Assembly: GCA_965240465.1 (NCBI GenBank)
Contig: OZ251219.1
Location: 502,681-566,680, forward strand
Source: a bacterium
GTDB taxonomy: Bacteria; SAR324; JACQKK01
Direction of reading: 5' to 3'
DNA length: 64,000 nt
In this document: positions 1-8,889 of the stretch, in pieces
Layout: every line of letters begins with the position of its first letter
Position numbering within the stretch: position 1 is the first letter of the stretch
Program-made: the position numbers and the translations under genes
The notes under the pieces: model-generated
Seen by the model: the letters and a program-made list of their open reading frames with translations, nothing else
Databases searched by the model: none
Told to the model about the DNA's origin: nothing

Positions 1-46
1 CTATTATTCAAGCAATTTTGGAGCAAATCTAAGAAATCCCATCTAA

Positions 47-247
47 AGTGAATTACCGTTTCCTTTAGAAGATAAGCTTGTTAGAGAGAGGTTTTTACTA
101 CATAGGGTAAGAGAAGGTTGTAAGCAAAGGGCATCCCTACTATTCAGTACAAAGCACTTACAACTTCACGTGAATGAGTTTGCTTTTAGGCTTAATGATG
201 GCAATGTGAAAAGACACACAATGGAGCTGGATCAACAGCTTACTTGA
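47..247 (+). pseudogene. Degraded C-terminal remnant of an IS1595/ISXO2-like transposase
   Basis: One frame reads ...STKHLQLHVNEFAFRLNDGNVKRHTMELDQQLT*, which resembles the conserved KHLQ.Y..EF.FR.N tail of IS1595-family transposases. The upstream part is broken by a stop at 44-46 and an apparent frameshift (GHPYYSVQS lies in another frame). No intact ORF remains. Confidence 0.4.
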
Positions 248-343
248 CGATGTTCCAGGTAGACAGTTAACCTATGAACAACTTGTGCGAGGGTAGTTCT
301 TGCATTAAATATTAAATTAACATAAGAAACAGGAATTTAATTA

Positions 344-2146
344 ATGGCTAATGAACGCAAGACTGAAAATATAGTTAGAAAACATTTCTATCAATTTTCA
401 GATTCCATATCAATAGAAGAACAAAGTTCTGATAACCCTAAAATTGATAAATTGCTTAGAAATGCGTCTAAAAAGGGGTTGGGTAAAGGTTATCCTGAAT
501 TTATTATTACTCATAATACTAATTCTGATTTACTAATTGTTATTGAATGTAAGGCAAATATTTTAAAGCATGAAAGTAATGATAAAGATAAATATTCTGA
601 GTTTGCAGTTGATGGAGTTTTACTTTACGCTTCTTATTTGTCAAAAAGCTATGATGTGTTAGCTGTTGCAGTAAGTGGAGAAGAAGAATCATCATTAAGG
701 ATTTCTCATTTCCTACATCTAAAAAATGATAAAAAATCCACTAAAATTTTTGGAGGCAAACTGCTATCTGTTGATAATTATTTAAATGGATATTTGGAAA
801 AACCAGAAAAAATAAATCAAGATTATAATACGCTTTTATACTTTACAAAAAAATTAAACAAAAAGTTACATGGTTATAAAATTCCTGAAGACAAAAGAAG
901 CTTATTAATTAGTTCAATTTTAATCGCACTAGAAGCCAATAGTTTTAAAGAATCTTATTCTTCAGATAAGAGACCTAAAGATTTAGCTGGTAGACTTGTT
1001 CAAACTGCTACTAATGAATTAGAAAATGCTAATATCACAGGGAGGAAACTTCAATACATAAATACTGCATTTGGTTTTATAAAAGAAGATACTTCTTTAT
1101 CTGAAACAGAAAATGTCTTAAAAGAAATTATTTATGACATTGATGAAAATATAAATAATTTTACCAAAAATAACAAATATACTGATGTTTTAGGACAATT
1201 CTATATTGAATTTTTAAGATACTCAAACAGTGATAAGGGTCTCGGGATCGTTTTAACCCCTCCACATATTACAGAATTTTTTGCAGATTTAGCACAAGTC
1301 GATAAAGATTCAATTGCTTATGATAACTGTACAGGAACAGGCGGATTTTTAATTAGTGCTATGAAAAAAATGATTGAAGATGCAAAAGATGATGAAGAAA
1401 AAATCAAAGAAATAAAATTAAAACAACTTATTGGAACAGAATATCAACCACATATTTTTGCTTTGGCAGTTTCAAATATGTGTATCCACCAAGACGGAAA
1501 AACAAATATTACAAAGGGTAGTTGTTTTGATAAAAAAGTTATTGATGCAATAAAAAGTGAAAAGCCCACAGTCGGATTTTTAAATCCTCCTTATAAATCA
1601 AATAAAAAAGACGATACAGACGAATTAAAATTTATTTTAAATAATTTAGATTGTTTAGTTCATGATGGAACCTGTGTTGCTATTGTGCCAATGCAAAGTG
1701 CCTTAGCGACCAGCGGTAAAGTTTTAGGATTTAAAAAGATGCTTCTTGAAAAACACACATTAGAAGCGGTTTTATCGATGCCTAATGAATTGTTTCATAA
1801 TTCAAAGGTAAACGTTGTTTCTTGTGTTATGGTTTTTAGGGCCCATAAACCACATTTAGAAAACAAAAAAACATTTTTTGGTTATTTTAAAGATGATGGA
1901 TTTGTTAAAACAAAAAATAGAGGTAGAGTAGATGCTGACAATAAATGGAAAGTAATAAGAGACAGATGGTTATCTGCTTACAGCAATAAAGAAAACATTA
2001 CAGGTTTTAGCGTTATGCAAAAAGTAACATCACATGATGAATGGTGTGCTGAGGCTTATATGGAAACTGATTATTCAAATTTAACAGAAAAAGATTTCAT
2101 TAATACAGTTAAAGAATATATTGCTTTTAGGGTAAAGTATGGATAA
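344..2146 (+). CDS. Type IIB (BcgI-like) restriction-modification subunit A: N-terminal PD-(D/E)XK nuclease fused to a gamma-class N6-adenine DNA methyltransferase
   Basis: The N-terminus has PEFIITH...SDLLIVIECK (D...ExK nuclease core, HsdR_N-like). SAM motif I is DNCTGTGGFLISA and catalytic motif IV is GFLNPPYKSN. At 600 aa it sits in an AT-rich island and overlaps the downstream specificity gene by 8 nt. Confidence 0.75.
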   Translation: MANERKTENIVRKHFYQFSDSISIEEQSSDNPKIDKLLRNASKKGLGKGYPEFIITHNTNSDLLIVIECKANILKHESNDKDKYSEFAVDGVLLYASYLSKSYDVLAVAVSGEEESSLRISHFLHLKNDKKSTKIFGGKLLSVDNYLNGYLEKPEKINQDYNTLLYFTKKLNKKLHGYKIPEDKRSLLISSILIALEANSFKESYSSDKRPKDLAGRLVQTATNELENANITGRKLQYINTAFGFIKEDTSLSETENVLKEIIYDIDENINNFTKNNKYTDVLGQFYIEFLRYSNSDKGLGIVLTPPHITEFFADLAQVDKDSIAYDNCTGTGGFLISAMKKMIEDAKDDEEKIKEIKLKQLIGTEYQPHIFALAVSNMCIHQDGKTNITKGSCFDKKVIDAIKSEKPTVGFLNPPYKSNKKDDTDELKFILNNLDCLVHDGTCVAIVPMQSALATSGKVLGFKKMLLEKHTLEAVLSMPNELFHNSKVNVVSCVMVFRAHKPHLENKKTFFGYFKDDGFVKTKNRGRVDADNKWKVIRDRWLSAYSNKENITGFSVMQKVTSHDEWCAEAYMETDYSNLTEKDFINTVKEYIAFRVKYG

Positions 2147-3119
2147 AAACATACCTATTAGAGAAATTTTTAGTATTCAATATGGTAATCAATTAGATTT
2201 AAACAAGCAAGTTGAGTGTAAATCTGGAATTAATTTTGTCAATCGTTCTAATAAAAATTTAGGCATATCTACCAAGATTAAAAAGATTGAGGGTATTGAG
2301 CCTTTTGAAAAAGGCTTGATTACTGTTGCACTAGGTGGGAGCATATTGTCTGCTTTTGTGCAACCATGTCAGTTTTATACAGGACAAAATGTAAAAATTT
2401 TAAAACCAAGAGAACCAATAGATGAAAGTATTAAAATATTTTACTGTATGTGTATATCTCAAAATGCCTATAGATATAGTGCTTTCGGCAGAGAAGCAAA
2501 TAAAACATTTGATAATTTATTAGTCCCACATTCTGATGAATGTAAAAAAATAATTGCTAATTATTCAACACCTAAACAACCATCAGAAAAACCATGTTTA
2601 GAAAATAAAGGTCTTAGTCTATGGGATAGAGAATGGAGATATTTTAATTTATGTGAATTATTTAATATAAGTGGGTCAAGGAGTTTTACAAAAAAAGAAA
2701 TTCAAGAATATGGAATAGGGAATTACCCTTATGTAGTCACTTCGTCAGAAAATAATGGGACAGAAGGCTTTTATAATAAATGTACTGAAAAAGGGAATGT
2801 TCTTACTATAGATAGTGCTACTGTAGGTAGTTGTTTTTACCAACCTATAGATTTCTCAGCTTCAGATCATGTAGAAAAATTGATACCTAAATTTAGTATG
2901 AATGTATTTATTGCACTATTTTTGCGAACGACTATAAATCTAGAAAGAATCAGATATGGATATGGGAGGAAATTTGCACAAATGAGGATAAAAAATACAA
3001 GGATCAAACTTCCAGTCAAAGAAAGAAAAAAAGAAGCTTACGACCCCGATTGGCAATTTATGGAAGATTATATAAAAGCATTACCTTACAGTAGCAATCT
3101 GCAAATTGATGAGTTTTGA
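2139..3119 (+). CDS. R-M specificity (S / BcgIB-like) subunit with two target-recognition halves
   Basis: 326 aa, translationally coupled to the upstream gene. Two similar halves (residues ~1-150 and ~165-326) each end in a ...VG/GS....Q......VxKLxPK-type S-subunit pattern. Size and position match BcgI B subunits and HsdS. Confidence 0.6.
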   Translation: MDKNIPIREIFSIQYGNQLDLNKQVECKSGINFVNRSNKNLGISTKIKKIEGIEPFEKGLITVALGGSILSAFVQPCQFYTGQNVKILKPREPIDESIKIFYCMCISQNAYRYSAFGREANKTFDNLLVPHSDECKKIIANYSTPKQPSEKPCLENKGLSLWDREWRYFNLCELFNISGSRSFTKKEIQEYGIGNYPYVVTSSENNGTEGFYNKCTEKGNVLTIDSATVGSCFYQPIDFSASDHVEKLIPKFSMNVFIALFLRTTINLERIRYGYGRKFAQMRIKNTRIKLPVKERKKEAYDPDWQFMEDYIKALPYSSNLQIDEF

Positions 3120-3223
3120 GGCGTTAGTTCAAGAAAATATTTTTGGAATAAGCGACTGATATCTATGATATTTGTCTTTGTTTTGTATATTTATTTTGGT
3201 GTCAAGTATATAGTTCCCTTTTT

Positions 3224-4108
3224 TTATTGTTGCCAGATTCGTTTCCAGAAGGCGGAGATGGCTGGGCGGTGTTGTGTGGCTTGTTTGGGGTATTGCTGGT
3301 GGATATTATGGGCGATTTGTTGAATATGCAGGCTAGCGGCTGAATGAGGGAATAGTTTAAGTAGGGGTTGTCTATTACGTACTGCGGTAGGGATGGCGGT
3401 ATCTTGGGGGATATGCCCTAGCAGGGGGAGAGGTATGTTGAGGAATTGGAAGCAGGCTTGTTGCATTTTTTGGTGTACGTGTTTAGTTTCTTGAGGAGAG
3501 CGGGATTGGTTGATGATGAGTGAGAATTGGGTTTTGTGATGTTGGAGTCGGAGGAGTTTAATAAGGGCATAGGCATCTGTAAAAGAAGTTGGTTCTGGTG
3601 TAGTCACCACGATGATTTGGTCGGCGGCGGCGTTGAATTGGAGTACCTGAGGAGAGATACCGGCGGCGGTATCTAGTATCCAGTCATCGGTGTTCCAGGG
3701 TATTTGGGCGAGGTTTTGGAGCAAGCGAGTTTGTCCTTCAGTTTCTAGTTGTACGAGTTGATTAATTCCTGAGGCTGAGGGCAGGATTTTAATACCACTG
3801 GGTCCATTGAGGGCAATATCTGCGAGGGACAATTTACCATTGAAGGTATCTTCTAGGGTATATTTTGGTTGTATTCCGAGCAGGATGGGTATATTGGCGA
3901 GTCCGATATCAAGATCTATCAGGGTGATTTGTCTTTTAAGTTTAGCTAGTGCGATTGCTAGATTAAGGGCGAGGTTGCTTTTACCGACTCCTCCTTTGCC
4001 GCTGGCGATGGAAATAACTCTTCCTTTTATGGCTGGGCTGGGTGCTAGCGATGCGTGAATACGCCTAAGACTGGTGGCTTGGTCTGCAGACATCAGGGAT
4101 TGGTGCAT
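3224..4108 (-). CDS. flhG: Flagellar number regulator FlhG/FleN (MinD/ParA-family ATPase)
   Basis: Deviant Walker A SGKGGVGKSNLALNLA. The N-terminal DQATSLR matches the FlhF-activating DQAxxLR motif. It lies downstream of flhF on the same strand. Confidence 0.85.
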   Translation of the reverse strand: MHQSLMSADQATSLRRIHASLAPSPAIKGRVISIASGKGGVGKSNLALNLAIALAKLKRQITLIDLDIGLANIPILLGIQPKYTLEDTFNGKLSLADIALNGPSGIKILPSASGINQLVQLETEGQTRLLQNLAQIPWNTDDWILDTAAGISPQVLQFNAAADQIIVVTTPEPTSFTDAYALIKLLRLQHHKTQFSLIINQSRSPQETKHVHQKMQQACFQFLNIPLPLLGHIPQDTAIPTAVRNRQPLLKLFPHSAASLHIQQIAHNIHQQYPKQATQHRPAISAFWKRIWQQ

Positions 4109-4185
4109 TTGATCAGAGGTGACGACAAGTTTTATGGATGATATTTATGCTTAGCATCCTCTAGTCCGCGTGGGGGTATTTTAGC

Positions 4186-4446
4186 GGTGTTTTTTGGCAG
4201 TGTCCTCTTGGCAGCGTTCTTTTGATGGTGTTCTCTCGGCAGTGTTCCCTCGGCAGTGTCCTCTTGGCAGTGTTTTTTTGATGGTGTTCTCTCAGCAGTG
4301 TTCTTTTGGCAGTGTTCTTTTGGCAGTGTTCTTTTGGCAGTGTCCTCTTGACAGCGTTATCTCGGCAGCGTTCTCTCAGCAGTGTCCTCTCGGCAGCGTT
4401 CTCTTGACAGCGTTCGCAGTGTCCTCTTGGCAGCGTTTTCTCGGAT
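4186..4446. repeat. 14-bp tandem repeat array (about 18 imperfect copies, consensus GGCAGTGTTCTTTT) filling the flhF-flhG spacer
   Basis: Direct reading shows ggcagtgttctttt repeated with variants such as ggcagtgtcctctt and ggcagcgttctctc. The 84-aa ORF at 4194..4448 is a repeat artefact. Confidence 0.9.
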
Positions 4447-4486
4447 AGGGCGTGGTCGGAAACTCAGAGTAGTAGCTTTATCAATT

Positions 4487-5980
4487 TCAAGCTTCGCTGG
4501 AGATTTGAAGTAGTAAGTCAATCAATCTTTCTGGGGTAGCTATTTCCATATCTTCGGGTACTCGCTGACCGGTGGTCAGGTAGTTAATGGGCAGTTTGAA
4601 ACGAATAAAGTGATTAAACAGTGAGCCGCAATGCATACATTCATCCAATTTGGTGAACAAGACCGATTTTAGAGGCAGGCAACCAAATTTGCGGGTAGTA
4701 TCAATGAGTTCGGCATCTTTGGTGGTAGCACTGAGTACCAGACAGATGTCCAGCTGGGGATTATTTTGGAACATTCCCTTTAGTTCTTTCATCTGGGGGA
4801 GATCACTTTGCGAGCGACCTGCGGTATCAACCAGTACCACATCGTAGCTTTGGAACTCTTCCAGAGCTCGGTGTAAATCAGTGCGATCTCTCACCACCGA
4901 TAATGGCAGATTCATTATCTTGGCATAGGCTTTTAACTGCTCTAAGGCTCCTATCCTGAAGGTGTCCACCGTTATCAAAGCCGTCTTACGCTTATAGCGT
5001 AGCACTTGCTCGCTCGCTAGCTTAGCCACCGTGGTCGTTTTTCCCACCCCCGTACAACCCACCAACACCAACACCTTCTCACCCGATAAACCACCAGTGG
5101 TCTTCACTAAACTAGTTAACATCCGTGCCAAAAAAATCTTTACATAAGTGAAATCTTCTCGCTTTTCAGGCGGTAATCGTTTGGCAGCCTGCTCTACCAA
5201 ACGCTTAGCAAATTTCTCCTCCAAACCATGAACCACCAAATGCTGCTGCAAACCCATTAAGGTCTCTGGTAAATCCAAACCCACCTTCAAACCCCCTCCC
5301 TGCAACGCTTGCACTGCCTGCCGCATATCTGTTAACTCATGGTGCAACTGACGCATTGCATGACCTCCCAGTCCCTCCTCCTCCTTCACCACTTTTAGCA
5401 ACTGCTTCAACTGATGAACTTCACTACATAAACCTCGCAAAACCGAATCCCGCTCCGCCATGCCTGACCGAACAACTTGATCACTAACTTCTACCACCCT
5501 CGCTGACCCCCCTCCATCTCCCCTTCCTCCAAACGAAGTACCCCCACTTGACCCCTCCTGACCTGCCCCCTCCTGACCTGCCCCCTCCTGACCTGCCCCC
5601 TCCTGACCTGCCCCCTCCTGACCTGACCCCTCGCCAGACGCTCCCCCACCTGCTCTCCCATTTGCTCCCTCGCCAGATGCTCCCCCACCTGCTCTCCCAT
5701 TTGCCCCCTCAACCACTCCCTCCTTTTCCTTCGCCGCACTCCCCTCTGCCAATCCTACTGCCTCCCTCTCCATATCAAAACGACCAACCCCCCTCGACTC
5801 ACCAACACCCCCTTCTTCAGGCCTCACCGCAGCTACCTCCCATAACTGACGCCTCAAAAACGGAATCCCCACTCTCCGCAACTGACGAGTAGATAAAATC
5901 AGGGCATCCCCACCCAAATCCTGACGGGTTTTTTGCAGGGCTTCCCGCATGTCAGCCCCTCGATAGTGCTTCACACCCAT
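4487..5980 (-). CDS. flhF: Flagellar biosynthesis SRP-type GTPase FlhF with a repeat-encoded low-complexity insert
   Basis: G1 is GCTGVGKTTTVAKLA, G3 is DTAGR and G4 is TKLDE. The N-terminal half carries (GQEGA)x5 and a duplicated GANGRAGGGASGE segment, encoded by 15-nt and 39-nt tandem repeats at about 5550-5712. Confidence 0.85.
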   Translation of the reverse strand: MGVKHYRGADMREALQKTRQDLGGDALILSTRQLRRVGIPFLRRQLWEVAAVRPEEGGVGESRGVGRFDMEREAVGLAEGSAAKEKEGVVEGANGRAGGGASGEGANGRAGGGASGEGSGQEGAGQEGAGQEGAGQEGAGQEGSSGGTSFGGRGDGGGSARVVEVSDQVVRSGMAERDSVLRGLCSEVHQLKQLLKVVKEEEGLGGHAMRQLHHELTDMRQAVQALQGGGLKVGLDLPETLMGLQQHLVVHGLEEKFAKRLVEQAAKRLPPEKREDFTYVKIFLARMLTSLVKTTGGLSGEKVLVLVGCTGVGKTTTVAKLASEQVLRYKRKTALITVDTFRIGALEQLKAYAKIMNLPLSVVRDRTDLHRALEEFQSYDVVLVDTAGRSQSDLPQMKELKGMFQNNPQLDICLVLSATTKDAELIDTTRKFGCLPLKSVLFTKLDECMHCGSLFNHFIRFKLPINYLTTGQRVPEDMEIATPERLIDLLLQISSEA

Positions 5981-6110
5981 ATCTCATACCTTCCTTAGCA
6001 TTGACACATCCACACACCTAGTAATGACTACCAATGCCTCCTTGACATTGTCTGGATACCAGATCGTCATCGTATAACATAAGTGCCTGCTATCACAAAT
6101 TAATCCTTCC

Positions 6111-6959
6111 TTAATTCCATCGGGAAAAGATCGGTGGCTGGTCGTTGGATATCTTGCCGATTTGTTGTTCTTCCAGCCAAGGGGGAGCTAAATGGAGGGT
6201 GCTATGCTGGTGGTGGAAGGTCTTCGCCCGATGGAAGTGTCCGATGACGAAATGGGAGATATGAGCAGGTATCCACTCGGTGAAGGTTTGGATTTCTGAC
6301 TGGGGAAAATTAGACTCGGAGGAAAAATTAGGGGAAACAATATATTTTTTCATTCTGTCGGTGATTGCCTTGGCCATCCATGCTGGAGTGCGATTAAAAA
6401 TTGCTTGGACTAAGCGGGAATTGCTCAGGTAACGGGTGATGAGATGAGGATGATCATGGTGCCTGATGAGGTCTCCATGGGTAAATCCGTAGGTAGTATT
6501 CTGCCAGCGGATGATCATCATGCCAGTGGTGAGGGCTTCAAAGGGAAGCCAGAGAGTAGGCTGATTAGGCATGAGGTGGTCTCTATTACCACTTACACAC
6601 CAGATTCGGACTCCCTGCCTTTTAAGTTGCCAAAGAGCCTTGATTACTTGGTGATTTTCTGGAGTCCAAAAGCGTGGATTGGCGATCCAAAGATGGAATA
6701 GATCTCCCAGTAGTAAAAGGGCATCGGGTTGTTTAAGTTGAGAGAGCATGCGGATGAAGGGCTGGATTGGTGCTTTGGGGCAGCCTAAGTGAGAGTCGGT
6801 GACTAAATATAAATTGCCCCGACCTTCTAGGAACAAGGCTTTATTGAGCATTTCTTGCCAGTTAGGTTGCCAAGGTAACCAGTTTGATAAAGGTCTGATG
6901 TTTATCAAGGGTGTTTTATCAGGAATGAATGGGAGATTAGGGTTGATATTGGTTATCAC
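6111..6959 (-). CDS. lpxH: UDP-2,3-diacylglucosamine hydrolase-like metallophosphoesterase (LpxH-like)
   Basis: Calcineurin-like motifs appear in LpxH order: VTDSHLG, LLLLGDLFHLW, SGNRDHL, THGD, IGHFH. The likely true start is the internal Met at 6851 (MLNKALF...). Confidence 0.6.
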   Translation of the reverse strand: MITNINPNLPFIPDKTPLINIRPLSNWLPWQPNWQEMLNKALFLEGRGNLYLVTDSHLGCPKAPIQPFIRMLSQLKQPDALLLLGDLFHLWIANPRFWTPENHQVIKALWQLKRQGVRIWCVSGNRDHLMPNQPTLWLPFEALTTGMMIIRWQNTTYGFTHGDLIRHHDHPHLITRYLSNSRLVQAIFNRTPAWMAKAITDRMKKYIVSPNFSSESNFPQSEIQTFTEWIPAHISHFVIGHFHRAKTFHHQHSTLHLAPPWLEEQQIGKISNDQPPIFSRWN

Positions 6960-6984
6960 AAATTAATGATAGACAGAAAGATTA

Positions 6985-7218
6985 TAAATGGCATTGCTTA
7001 CGACACTGCTTATGCGACAAATGGCATTGCTTACGACACTGCTTATGCGACAAATGACATTGCTTACGACACTGCTTATGCGACAAATGGCACTGCTTAC
7101 GACACTGCCTATGCGACAAATGACATTGCTTACGACACTGCCTATGCGACAAATGACATTGCTTACGACACTGCCTATGCGACAAATGGCATTGCTTACG
7201 ACACTGCCTATGCGATGA
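6985..7218. repeat. 33-bp tandem repeat, about 7 copies (AATGGCATTGCTTACGACACTGCTTATGCGACA)
   Basis: The period was verified from coordinates. Four overlapping ORFs on both strands (6963..7289 region) are generated purely by the repeat. Confidence 0.9.
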
Positions 7219-7375
7219 CATTGCTTATGGCACTGCTTATGCATAAAAGATTGACAGAGTTTCTCATAACGTCCTTAGTTTTGGATTGATTAGATGCTCT
7301 TCTTTTATCAGCGGGAGGTTGTTTGTCTTCCGTCGCATGCAGCGAACATGTGGCACGAAGCCATAAGGAGATAAC

Positions 7376-7606
7376 ATGATTGAAGCAACGGTTCGAAAGA
7401 TATGTCATCAGTTAGAACAGCAGGTCGGTCAAAACATGACTTTTGCCCAGGTATTTAGCTCTTTGGAGAAGCAAGTTGTATCTCCGAGGGAAATGGTGGT
7501 GTTGGAGGTCGTGCGGGAAGCCTGTAAGGAACTCGCAGAGGAACGAGCACAGAATGAATTGTCCCTCCAGCGGCAGACTACCCCTCTCACTGCGGTGGGC
7601 ATGTAA
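7376..7606 (+). CDS. Hypothetical small protein (76 aa)
   Basis: Strong Shine-Dalgarno sequence (AAGGAG) 7 nt upstream of the ATG. Amino-acid composition is balanced and non-repetitive. No family recognised. Confidence 0.45.
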   Translation: MIEATVRKICHQLEQQVGQNMTFAQVFSSLEKQVVSPREMVVLEVVREACKELAEERAQNELSLQRQTTPLTAVGM

Positions 7607-7644
7607 TTCTGCGGGCATGTTCCGGGTACTTAACGATGGGCTGC

Positions 7645-8751
7645 TCAAGAATAACTTCGCTGGAGGACTTGCTTTTGTTGATGATGTTCCTTGGCTAGCT
7701 GAATGAGGATATGGAGGATTTTTGAGTACGAGATTCCTCCTGCTTGGAGCAATTTGGGATACATGCTGATGGGAGTAAAGCCGGGGATGGTATTAACTTC
7801 ATTGATCAACCATTGATTGCTGGGGGTAAGAAAGAAATCAACCCGAGCCATGGCCCGAATGTCCAGGGTTTGACAAACTTGCAGGGCCAATTCTTGGGCT
7901 TGTTTTTGTAGTGTAGCTGGTAGTTGAACAGGGATTTCCAATATAGCTGCTTTGGGGTTTATGTATTTGGCATGGTAGGAATAAAAATCTTGTTGAGGTT
8001 TAATTTCTCCTAGCACCGAAGCCATGGGTTTTTGTATGGAACTGCCTGGGCTACCGAGTACGGAGCATTCTAGTTCTCGTGCGGGGATGGTTTTTTCAAT
8101 GAGAATTTTGTGGTCGTATTTAAGGGCGTCTTGGAGGGCTTGTTGATAGTCTTGGTTGTTTTGGGTTCTTTGTACTGCCACTGATGAGCCTAATCGGGCT
8201 GGTTTGATGAACACATCTGCCCCTAGTTGCCGTGAAACGACATCCCAGCTGGGTGGTGGCTGGGGATGCTCAAAGACCATCCAAGGAGCACAGGGCAAGT
8301 TTGCTTGAGTAAGGAGCTTTTTGGTAAGATCCTTATCTATGCAGATAGCTGATGAGGCAACTTCTGTCCCTACAAAGGGGACATTAGCCATATTGAGCCA
8401 GCCTTGCAATGTGCCGTCCTCGCCATCTGTGCCGTGGATAAGGGGGAAGAAGGTGGTAATATCGGCTAGGGGGGCGAGACTTTGAGGATCTACCCAGCGG
8501 ATGCAATTTGTCTGGTTCACTGGAATACAGGGCTTGGCTCGGGGCGAAATGTGAATGGTTTTGGTTTCTTGTACTTCGCTGAGGAGAGCCAAGGAATTTC
8601 CCAGTTGCCATTGTCCTTGTTGATTGATAGCTAGTAGCAATGGTTCATAAAGTTGAGGATCCAGAGCCTGACTGACTACCAGGGCCGACATGAGGGAAAC
8701 CCTATGTTCACCACTACGTCCTCCACAGATGATGCCTATTTTTTCGGTCAT
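7645..8751 (-). CDS. ddl: D-alanine--D-alanine ligase
   Basis: N-terminus is KIGIICGGRSGEHRVSLMSA. The ATP-grasp body includes FIKPARLGSSVAV and ECSVLG, with C-terminal EVNTIPGFT. Confidence 0.9.
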   Translation of the reverse strand: MTEKIGIICGGRSGEHRVSLMSALVVSQALDPQLYEPLLLAINQQGQWQLGNSLALLSEVQETKTIHISPRAKPCIPVNQTNCIRWVDPQSLAPLADITTFFPLIHGTDGEDGTLQGWLNMANVPFVGTEVASSAICIDKDLTKKLLTQANLPCAPWMVFEHPQPPPSWDVVSRQLGADVFIKPARLGSSVAVQRTQNNQDYQQALQDALKYDHKILIEKTIPARELECSVLGSPGSSIQKPMASVLGEIKPQQDFYSYHAKYINPKAAILEIPVQLPATLQKQAQELALQVCQTLDIRAMARVDFFLTPSNQWLINEVNTIPGFTPISMYPKLLQAGGISYSKILHILIQLAKEHHQQKQVLQRSYS

Positions 8752-8780
8752 GCTTAGCTACTTAAAGGTGGAAAACGCAC

Positions 8781-8889
8781 GGGGGGCTAAAAAGCAGGTG
8801 ACCAAAAGTCAGGGGCTAAAAAGCGGGTGACCAAAAAGCAGGTGACCAAAAAGCAGGGGACTAAAAAGCAGGGGGCTAAAAAGCAGGTC
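8781..8889. repeat. About 15-16-bp tandem repeat (AAAAAGCAGGTGACC-like), about 7 copies, between ddl and the PBP gene
   Basis: Read directly from the sequence. Confidence 0.85.

Noticed and set aside
6963-7289. Multiple 76-107-aa ORFs on both strands with periodic peptides. The same pattern occurs at 4194..4448, 5491..5892, 10983..11165, 21302..21634, 23296..23595, 25911..26297 and 36819..37224.
   Set aside because: They are by-products of stop-free tandem repeats. They overlap each other in several frames and lack ribosome-binding sites.
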